Assembly: GCA_034667685.1 (NCBI GenBank)
Contig: JAXDQU010000089.1
Span: 21,072 to 85,071 of the forward strand
Reading direction: 5' to 3'
DNA from: Thermoplasmata archaeon
Lineage (GTDB): Archaea > Thermoplasmatota > SW-10-69-26 > JACQPN01 > JAJPHT01
DNA length: 64,000 nt
Below are positions 57,000 through 64,000 of this stretch, one piece after another (positions within the stretch are counted from its first letter, which is position 1; every line of letters starts with the position of its first letter). The translations under genes were made by a program, and so were the position numbers. The notes under the pieces were generated by a model. That model saw only the letters and a program-made list of their open reading frames with translations. It did not search any database and was not told the DNA's origin.

Positions 57000-57679
57000 T
57001 GGATCAAGCTCCCATGGAAGTCGGTACGGCCGGTGATCGCGCCTTCGAGCGCCTTGAGGTCGCGCCCGTCGACGACGGCCGTCTCGATGCCGCTGCGCGC
57101 GATCATCTTGGCGCCCAGCGCGTCGACGACGCCCGTGCCGCCGGCCTTGCCGTCGCCCATCGAGCAGATGCGCACCAGCTCCTCGGCCGAGAGGCGCGGG
57201 AGGTGCTTCGCGTTCGGGTCCTTGCGCGGGTCCGCGCTGTAGACGCCGTCGACGTTGGTGGCGATGACGATGCGCTTCGCGCGCGCGGCGTCGCCGAGCA
57301 TCACGGTCACCGCGTCGGTGGTGTGGCCCGGGTGCGTGCCGCCCATGACGACGATCGGGTAGCTGCGCGAGGCGAGGAGCGCCTCGTCGAACGAGAGCGG
57401 CGGCTTCGGGTAGGCGTGCGGAAGGGCGGCGATCAGGATGCGCGCGTTGATGCGCGTCACGGCGATGCCGATCTCGTCGAGCGTCGTCTCCGGCGCGCCC
57501 AGCGCGCGGGCGCCCTGGATGTAGGTGCGCGCGACGGCGCCCCCGCCCACGACGGCCAGGATGCGGCGCGAGGCCGAAGCGCGCTCCAGCAGCTCGGCGA
57601 TCTGCTTGGTGAGCTGCGTGTCGACGCCCTTCTCGCCCACGAGGAAGGAGCCTCCGAGGCTGACCGCCACCGCGTCCAT
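56996..57679 (-). CDS. pyrH: Uridylate kinase (archaeal type)
   Basis: SLGGS, VVGGGAVARTY, LDEIGI, GGTHPGHTTDAV, ATNVDGVYSADP. Confidence 0.93.
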   Translation of the reverse strand: MDAVAVSLGGSFLVGEKGVDTQLTKQIAELLERASASRRILAVVGGGAVARTYIQGARALGAPETTLDEIGIAVTRINARILIAALPHAYPKPPLSFDEALLASRSYPIVVMGGTHPGHTTDAVTVMLGDAARAKRIVIATNVDGVYSADPRKDPNAKHLPRLSAEELVRICSMGDGKAGGTGVVDALGAKMIARSGIETAVVDGRDLKALEGAITGRTDFHGSLIQ

Positions 57680-57721
57680 CGTGACGGCGGACGAGAGTCT
57701 TCCACTTGAGGTTTCCGGGCT

Positions 57722-57836
57722 CGCGTGACCCGGGGCGAAACCCGCGGACCCGCGGACCGCAGACCCGGTTGCGGGTTCTCGGGTCCGCGGGTTCTCGGGT
57801 CCGCGGGTTCTCGGGTTTCGCCCAGAGTCACGCGGA
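57722..57836. repeat. Family R1 hairpin core, third copy
   Basis: cgcgtgacc...gaaacccgcggacccgcgg...gggttctcgggtccgcgggttctcgggtttcg...gtcacgcg. Confidence 0.8.
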
Positions 57837-57988
57837 TGGGACGAGCCCGCAAACTTCTTCTTCAAAGGGCTCTCCTCCCCGTACGATGCCCGCCCAGCGC
57901 CTGGCCTAGTTTTCCGCCCCGCACAGGGGCCCACGCCAGTCCGCTCGCTCGCCGAATTCCGCTCGACTCCCTTCCGGAGAACATCCTC

Positions 57989-59263
57989 ATGGCCGATGGC
58001 CGCCAAGAAACCCAATCCGCCGACCGCGCACGCTACGAGTTCAAGCGCAGGCTCGAAGAGCTTCGCAACATCAAGGGCTCCGCGACGCAGCTCATCTCGC
58101 TCTACATCCCCCCGGGCCGCCAGATCCACGAGGTCATGGCGCAGCTCCGGTCAGAATACTCGCAGGCGTCCAACATCAAGTCGAAGGCGACGATGAAGAA
58201 CGTCACGGGCGCCCTCGAAAGCGCGATGTCGACGCTGAAGAACTTCAAGGACCCCGGCGAGAAGGGCATCATCATCTTCGTGGGCCACCGCGCGATCGGC
58301 GCCGAGAAGACGAAGATGTTCTCGCACGTCGTCGTCCCGCCGACGCCCATCTCGCTCTACAAGTACCACTGCGACAGCGCGTTCTTCCTGGAGCCGCTGG
58401 AGGCCATGCTCAAGGAGCACAACAACTACGGCCTCGTCGTGCTCGACCGCCAGGAGGCCACCATCGGCTTCCTGCGCGGCCAAGCCATCCAGGTCGTCAC
58501 GAACATGCAGTCGATGGTGCCCAACAAGCACAGCAAGGGTGGCCAGTCGGCGCGGCGTTTCGAGCGCATCACGGAGAACATCGCCGAGCAGTGGTTCCAG
58601 AAGATCGGCGAGGTCGCCAATGAGATCTTCCTGCCCGAATTCCTCAAGGGGGACCTGAAGGGCGTCATCATCGGCGGCCCGGGGCCCACGAAGGAGTACT
58701 GGCTCGAGACCGAATACATGAACCACGAGCTGCACAAGCACATCGTGGGCCAGCCCGTCGACACGGGCTACACCGACGAGTACGGCCTGCGCGACCTCGT
58801 GGCGAACGCCGCTCCGCTCCTCCGGGACTTCGGCCTGATGGAGGAGAAGGACGTCATCAGCCGCTTCATGCGCGAGATCGGCAGGCCCGACGGCGGCCTG
58901 GCGGCCTACGGTGAGGCGCAGGTCCGCAACGCGCTGACCATCGGTGCGGTGGACACGCTGATCCTCTCCGAGAAGCTCCGCAAGGTGCGCCTCGTCATGA
59001 AGTGCGAGTCGTGCGGCTGGACCAAGGACGAGACCACCGCCGAGGACCCCATCGAGTTCGAGAAGCGCTACCCCAACTGCGCGCAGTGCGGCCAGCAGTC
59101 GGTGGCCATCGACAGCGAGGTCGACATCGTCGAGGAGCTTTCCGTCCAGGCCGAGAGCATGGCCTCGAAGGTCAAGATCATCTCCGGAAACTCGGACGAG
59201 GGGGAGCTTTTCTTCAAGGCATTCGGAGGAATGGGCGGCATCCTCCGGTTCCGCGTCGCGTAG
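57989..59263 (+). CDS. prf1: Peptide chain release factor aRF1
   Basis: ASNIKS, YHCDS, KGGQSARRF, IGGPG, zinc ribbon CESC/CAQC, FGGMGGILRF. Confidence 0.96.
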   Translation: MADGRQETQSADRARYEFKRRLEELRNIKGSATQLISLYIPPGRQIHEVMAQLRSEYSQASNIKSKATMKNVTGALESAMSTLKNFKDPGEKGIIIFVGHRAIGAEKTKMFSHVVVPPTPISLYKYHCDSAFFLEPLEAMLKEHNNYGLVVLDRQEATIGFLRGQAIQVVTNMQSMVPNKHSKGGQSARRFERITENIAEQWFQKIGEVANEIFLPEFLKGDLKGVIIGGPGPTKEYWLETEYMNHELHKHIVGQPVDTGYTDEYGLRDLVANAAPLLRDFGLMEEKDVISRFMREIGRPDGGLAAYGEAQVRNALTIGAVDTLILSEKLRKVRLVMKCESCGWTKDETTAEDPIEFEKRYPNCAQCGQQSVAIDSEVDIVEELSVQAESMASKVKIISGNSDEGELFFKAFGGMGGILRFRVA

Positions 59264-59319
59264 CCTCCTCGCTGCACCCACGCAAGCGCGAAGATTGTCT
59301 TGCCGCGTCCGGAGCCCGC

Positions 59320-59601
59320 ATGAAGGCGGCCCTTCTGTCCCTGATGCTCGTGGCCGTGCCGCTCCTGGCGCTGGCCCACTTCGCGAACGCGTGCCCCGAC
59401 CCGGACTACGGCTGCGACCCGGCGCCCGGCCAGCAGATCCCGCAGGCTGTCCAGGACATCAAGAACCATGTCCCGCAGGTCGGCGTGTGCACCGAGATCA
59501 ACGGCAGCTGCCCGTCCCAGATCGTCTGCGTCTCGGAGAACGGCTCGGTCAAGTGCGTCCGCGACCCGTGCGCGCCGCCCACGACCTGCTTCCTCGGCTG
59601 A
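59320..59601 (+). CDS. Small secreted Cys-rich protein (93 aa, 8 Cys)
   Basis: GGAG RBS, signal peptide ending ANA, CPDPDYGC...CTEINGSCPSQIVCVSENGSVKCVRDPCAPPTTC. Confidence 0.75.
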   Translation: MKAALLSLMLVAVPLLALAHFANACPDPDYGCDPAPGQQIPQAVQDIKNHVPQVGVCTEINGSCPSQIVCVSENGSVKCVRDPCAPPTTCFLG

Positions 59602-59680
59602 GTCAGCCCGGCCCGGTCGCCGCCGGGTCGCCCACCTTGAGGCACCCGTCGCCGTACACCTGGATCCCCTCGTCCATGTG

Positions 59681-60109
59681 TTAGCTTCCGAACTCGCTGG
59701 TGATGGATTCCCGAAGCGACTCAAGATGGGCTTTGACGTCCGGGTCATCGATCTTGTCGTGGCGAGCCTTGAGCTCCTTGTCGACGTGATTCACAACCGC
59801 TTTCTTGTCGGCCTCGGCGTCGGCGGCCTTCTTGATGGCCGCATCGGTTCCTTTGGACCCGAAGTAGTAGCCCATGACGGACGTGATGAGTCCGAATGCT
59901 GGTGTGATCAGAAGGGTGCGGTCCAGGTAGGTGCTTCCACCGGGGGCCGTCAATTGCGGCGTGGCCCATGCGTAGTGGATGAACCAGGCGCCGCCAAGAA
60001 TGACGATCAGCGCGATCGTCGCCCTGATGACGTCCGAGAATGTCGTGGGCCGGGGCCACCAGTTGGGAATTTCCCGGATGCGTTCCGGGGGGAGCTTTGG
60101 TTCGACCAT
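59681..60109 (-). CDS. Two-TM membrane protein with a GYYFGS motif and charged tail, atypical composition
   Basis: Two hydrophobic helices. The segment has visibly more A/T-ending codons than its flanks. Confidence 0.6.
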   Translation of the reverse strand: MVEPKLPPERIREIPNWWPRPTTFSDVIRATIALIVILGGAWFIHYAWATPQLTAPGGSTYLDRTLLITPAFGLITSVMGYYFGSKGTDAAIKKAADAEADKKAVVNHVDKELKARHDKIDDPDVKAHLESLRESITSEFGS

Positions 60110-60423
60110 CGTGCCCCCGATCTTGGCTCGGCGGAAAGTAACTTTTGCATCCCGGTGCCGCGCACAAAATCAGGGGGAAATCTCTCAACCTTTGCGTCGC
60201 TTTCCCCACGGCCGCTCGGACGGTGCGAGGTCGGGAACGATGGGGGCGCGCTTGCGGGCGGGCCGAGTATCCGGACAAGCAGCGGGATTCGAAGCAGTCG
60301 CATCGGAGCTTCGCCCCGGGGCTCGCGGCGCACCCTGCCAGGAGGAGCGCGGGCAGCAGCAGGGCCTGGCGCATGCGCCCCGCTGGGCGAAGGAGAAGAT
60401 GAGCGCGTTGGCGCCGGGTGGGG

Positions 60424-60660
60424 TCATTCTCGCGCGAGGCGGCTGGGCAATCCCAGGGGGCGGCGCAGGCGGCGCAGCCCGTGGCGGGCCACATCGCCCA
60501 GCGCCTCGAGAAAAGCGACCGAGTATGCCGCGCCGACGATCGCCGCGTCGCGGGCCGCCTGCGCGACCTCACGCCAGGGCGCCTCGCGCGCGCCGGCCTT
60601 CGCGCCGTCGATCGCGGCCAGGACGCGCGCGGCGTCCAGGCGCGCCCGGTGCGACGACAT
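60424..60660 (-). CDS. Small hypothetical protein
   Basis: The ATG lies 5 nt after the lipoprotein stop; host-like codons. Confidence 0.35.
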   Translation of the reverse strand: MSSHRARLDAARVLAAIDGAKAGAREAPWREVAQAARDAAIVGAAYSVAFLEALGDVARHGLRRLRRPLGLPSRLARE

Positions 60661-60665
60661 GGCGT

Positions 60666-60884
60666 TCAGCCCGAGGTCGGGCTCGTGGGCGTCGGCGTCG
60701 CCGTGCTGTTGGTCGTCGAGTTGTTGCCGCTGCCGACGGCTTGGAAGCCGCCGTCGATCTGGTCGCCGCCGGCGCTCGTGTTGTTGCTTGTGCTCTGCTG
60801 GTTGTTCTGGCTGCTGGTGCAGCCTGCCGCGAAGGCGAAGCCGACGATCGCGAGCAGGCCGATGAGCAGGGGAAGCGTTCGCAT
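60666..60884 (-). CDS. Small lipoprotein (72 aa, low complexity)
   Basis: MRTLPLLIGLLAIVGFAFAAG-C lipobox and an S/T/N/Q-rich mature part. Confidence 0.65.
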   Translation of the reverse strand: MRTLPLLIGLLAIVGFAFAAGCTSSQNNQQSTSNNTSAGGDQIDGGFQAVGSGNNSTTNSTATPTPTSPTSG

Positions 60885-60940
60885 TGGGACCCACGCTCCC
60901 CTGGGTCGGTATAGTGGTTCCAGGCCATGCGTCGAACCAT

Positions 60941-61024
60941 CCCGAGCCCTCTTTCGAGCCCCAGCCCGAGCCCTGCTTGCGCGAGGCAGCAGGACTCGGG
61001 CTGGGGCTCGAAAGCGGGCTCGGG
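60941..61024. repeat. 37-bp-arm hairpin of GAGCCC 6-nt units upstream of argS
   Basis: 60941-60977 versus 60988-61024, 2 mismatches. Confidence 0.85.
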
Positions 61025-61061
61025 GAAACGTTCTTCAAGGAACGCCCCGCTCGGCGCGGCG

Positions 61062-62807
61062 ATGACCGTGCCCCACGACCCGCTGGGCAGCTTCCGCGAC
61101 GAGGCCGTCTTCCTCCTGGAGGAGGCGCTCCACAGCCTTCGCCAGGACGAGGCCCGCGCGGGCGCGCGCGCGGCGCTGGCGCCGGCGCCGGCGGGCAAGG
61201 GCGACTTCACGTACGCGGTCTTCCCGCTCGCGAAGGCGATGCGCCAGGCGCCGGCCGCCATCGCGCAGCAGGTCGCCGCGGCAATCCCCGCGAGCCCGCG
61301 CCTGGCGGTCAAGGCCGAGGGTCCGTACGTGAACTTCAGCGCGGCGCCGGAAGCCCTCGCGCGGGCGACCCTGGAGTCCGTCCGGACGCTGGGCGTCCGC
61401 TACGGCACGCACGCGGCCACCGGCGAGCGCGTGATCGTCGAGCACACGAGCGCCAACCCCAACGGCCCGTTCCACGTGGGCCGCGCGCGCAACCCAATCG
61501 TGGGCGACACGACCGCGCGCGTGCTGCGGGCCGCCGGCGCCGAGGTCACGACGGAGTATTACGTCAACGACATGGGCAAGCAGGTCGCGATCCTCAACTG
61601 GGGCCTCAAGAACCTCAAGCCCGCTGATGTCACTCCCTCGGACCGCGACAAGGTGGACCACCAGCACGTGGGCTACTACCAGAAGGCCAACGATCTCCAG
61701 GAGAAGGACCCGCAGGTGGCCGCGCAGATCGGCGCGTCGCTGCACAAGTTCGAGGCGGGCGACCGCGGCACCGCGCAGGCGTTCCGCGAGGCCGTGACGC
61801 TCGTGCTCACCGGCATGCGCGAGTCGCTTGCGCGCATGAACGTCACGATGGACCGCTACTCGTGGGAGTCCGAGTACGTGTTCAACGGCGCGACCTCCGA
61901 GGTCGTCGAGAAGCTCAAGAAGGTCCCCATCGCGCACCAGGACGAGACGGGCTCGTGGTACCTCGACCTCGCCGCGTACGGCATCGCAGGCCGCAGCAGC
62001 CGCTGGACCTTCCTGCGCAAGGACGGCACCTCGCTCTACACGACGCGCGACCTCGCGTACCACCAGGACAAGTTCCGCCGCGCGGACCGCTGCGTCAACG
62101 TGCTCGGCGAGGACCACAAGCTGACCATGCAGCAGCTCGACATCGCGCTCGACCTGCTCGGCGTCGCGCGCCACCCCGAGGTCCTCTGGATCAGCTTCGT
62201 CTCCCTGCCCGAGGGCAAGATGAGCACCCGGCGCAACCGCGTCGTGTTCATCGATGACCTGATGGACGAGGCCGTCGCGCGCGCCCGCGAGGAGGTCGAG
62301 AAGCGTCGCCCCGAGATCGCCGAGGAGGAGAAGGCGCGCATCGCGGAGGTCGTCGGCATCGGCGCGCTGCGCTTCAACATCGTGCGCGTGCAGAGCGAGA
62401 AGAGCATCACGTTCCGCTGGGAGGACGCGCTCAGCTTCGAGGGCGACAGCGCCCCCTTCGTCATGTACGCGCACGCGCGCGCCCACAGCATCCTCGCGAA
62501 GGCGGGAAGCGTCGGCTTCGCCGACGCTTCCCTCCTTCGTCATGAGAGCGAGCGCGCCCTGGTGACGGCGATCGCGCGCTTCCCGGGCCAGATCAGGACG
62601 GCCGCGGCCGAGCTGCGCCCGCACGCCATGGCAGGGCATGCCGTCGAGCTGGCGGGCGCGTTCAACGCCTTCTACCGCGACTGCCCCGTCATGCTCGCGG
62701 ACAACCCGCCGCTGCGCGACGCGCGCCTCGCGCTCGTGGAAGCGGCCCGGCAGGCGTTGCACAACGCGCTGGGCATCCTGGGCATCGTGGCGCCCGAGAG
62801 CATGTGA
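61062..62807 (+). CDS. argS: Arginine--tRNA ligase
   Basis: EHTSANPNGPFHVGRARN, YYVNDMGKQ, RKDGTSLYTTRDLAYH, KMSTR, YAHAR, LGIVAPESM. Confidence 0.96.
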   Translation: MTVPHDPLGSFRDEAVFLLEEALHSLRQDEARAGARAALAPAPAGKGDFTYAVFPLAKAMRQAPAAIAQQVAAAIPASPRLAVKAEGPYVNFSAAPEALARATLESVRTLGVRYGTHAATGERVIVEHTSANPNGPFHVGRARNPIVGDTTARVLRAAGAEVTTEYYVNDMGKQVAILNWGLKNLKPADVTPSDRDKVDHQHVGYYQKANDLQEKDPQVAAQIGASLHKFEAGDRGTAQAFREAVTLVLTGMRESLARMNVTMDRYSWESEYVFNGATSEVVEKLKKVPIAHQDETGSWYLDLAAYGIAGRSSRWTFLRKDGTSLYTTRDLAYHQDKFRRADRCVNVLGEDHKLTMQQLDIALDLLGVARHPEVLWISFVSLPEGKMSTRRNRVVFIDDLMDEAVARAREEVEKRRPEIAEEEKARIAEVVGIGALRFNIVRVQSEKSITFRWEDALSFEGDSAPFVMYAHARAHSILAKAGSVGFADASLLRHESERALVTAIARFPGQIRTAAAELRPHAMAGHAVELAGAFNAFYRDCPVMLADNPPLRDARLALVEAARQALHNALGILGIVAPESM

Positions 62808-62810
62808 CGC

Positions 62811-62928
62811 CGACGAAGGGAAGACGCCGAAGGGAAGACGGGAAGCGAGGGAAGACGGGAAGACGGGAACAAGGGTCCCTTCTTCCCGAGTTCCCATCTT
62901 CCCTAGCTTCCCGTCTTCCCTTCCGTCG
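62811..62928. repeat. Imperfect hairpin of GGGAAGACG 9-nt units (R2-like)
   Basis: gacgaagggaagacg...gggaagacggga / tcccatcttccc...cgtcttcccttccgtc. Confidence 0.75.
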
Positions 62929-62966
62929 CCGCAAGCTCCAAACATGGGCCCGCGTCTGCGCGCCGC

Positions 62967-63464
62967 ATGGCCGCGACGCCGCCCCCGACCGACCCCACGA
63001 ACCCGCGCGTGAAGATCCAGACGTCCGCCGGCGACATCACCGTCGAGCTGCTCGCGAAGGAGGCGCCGATCTCGACGCAGAATTTCCTCGCCTACGTGCG
63101 CGAGGGCTTCTACGAGGGGCTCGTCTTCCACCGCGTCATCAAGGGCTTCATGATCCAGGGCGGCGGCATGGACGTCTCGGGCAAGCCGAAGAAGGGCAAG
63201 AGCCCCATCAAGCTCGAGATCAACTACCCGACGCTCCAGCACTGGAACGGCGCGCTCGCGATGGCGCGCACGAGCGACCCCAACAGCGCGACCTCGCAGT
63301 TCTACATCTGCCACGGCGCGCAGCACGGCCTCGACAAGAACTACGCCGTCTTCGGCATCGTGCGCGAGGGCAGCAAGGTCGTCGAGGCCATCGCCACGAC
63401 GCCCACCGACCGCGCGGACAAGCCGAAGACCGACATCGTGATCCAGGGCGCCACCGTGCTCTGA
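62967..63464 (+). CDS. ppiA: Cyclophilin-type peptidyl-prolyl isomerase
   Basis: AP..TQNF..Y..GFYEGLVFHRVIKGFMIQGG, ALAMART, SATSQFYI, LDKNYAVFG. Confidence 0.93.
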   Translation: MAATPPPTDPTNPRVKIQTSAGDITVELLAKEAPISTQNFLAYVREGFYEGLVFHRVIKGFMIQGGGMDVSGKPKKGKSPIKLEINYPTLQHWNGALAMARTSDPNSATSQFYICHGAQHGLDKNYAVFGIVREGSKVVEAIATTPTDRADKPKTDIVIQGATVL

Positions 63465-63497
63465 GACGCGGCCGACGTCTTTCCCGGCCCCGGCGCG

Positions 63498-63909
63498 ATG
63501 CGCCTGAGCGCGCGCCTCGTCCTCGCGGCCGCCCTCTCCGATGGGTCGCCGGCTCATGGAGACGCATGGGCTGCTTCACCCCGCGGGGACGTGGCTCGGG
63601 TTCGTCGCGCCCTCGCTCGTCTTCCTCGGCGCGGTCGCGCCGGAGGGCAACGCGCCCTGGAACCTGACGCTGCCCTTCGTCACTGCGCCCCCGGACCTCG
63701 CGCCCGTCATGGAGGCGTGGCGCGCGCATGGGCGTCGAGTCGTGGCCATCCAGGGCGCGAACGCCACGCTGACCTGGACGGTCGTGCTGAGTGCGGGGCT
63801 CGGCGGATGCGGCGGCGAGGACGGCGGCACGCTCCACCTCGTCGCGGGGCAGCCGCGGCCTTTCACGCCCGACGGACACCGCGGGCCGCGCGGCACGGCA
63901 TGTGTCTAG
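63498..63909 (+). pseudogene. Possible frameshifted secreted-protein gene
   Basis: MRLSARLVLAAAL leader at 63498 in one frame, with an ORF at 63541-63909 in another frame. Confidence 0.25.
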
Positions 63910-64000
63910 AGGCTGTTTCACAACCTCTGTCGCGGTCGCGCAGAATTCTTTCCCTTTCCGCGGCGAGGCGTGCCTTGCTTGGCTGTGCTTCGCTTGCCGC

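Overview
Chromosomal window from a high-GC archaeon (roughly 70% GC by eye, not computed). The 16S signature tracts and the genes hel308-cgi121, aRF1, pyrH-DUF2116 and KaiC-like ATPases point to Thermoplasmatota. The left part holds a surface-glycan cluster, a group of membrane-anchored double-wHTH regulators next to small secreted Cys-containing proteins, an APC permease, hel308-cgi121 and two secreted metallophosphoesterases. The middle holds a RiPP cluster, a PAS histidine kinase, a V4R-like/roadblock/KaiC-small GTPase/KaiC operon, a type IV pilus assembly system with a giant pilin carrying tail-fibre-like repeats, and a second kinase. The right part holds a linked 16S-tRNA-Ala-23S-5S operon and housekeeping genes (bcp, Nudix, gdhA, Lrp-type, pyrH, prf1, argS, cyclophilin). 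The strongest candidate for an undescribed system is at 23.6-27.0 kb. It is a class V-like lanthipeptide cluster (APH-type kinase, HopA1-type lyase, stand-alone LanC with a CCG zinc motif) with four 32-38 aa precursor genes that the ORF track misses. All four precursors share an IEx[IM]E leader motif and a TGCY core motif. Several families of long intergenic hairpin repeats and one MITE-like element are also present. All calls come from manual motif reading; no database search was run.
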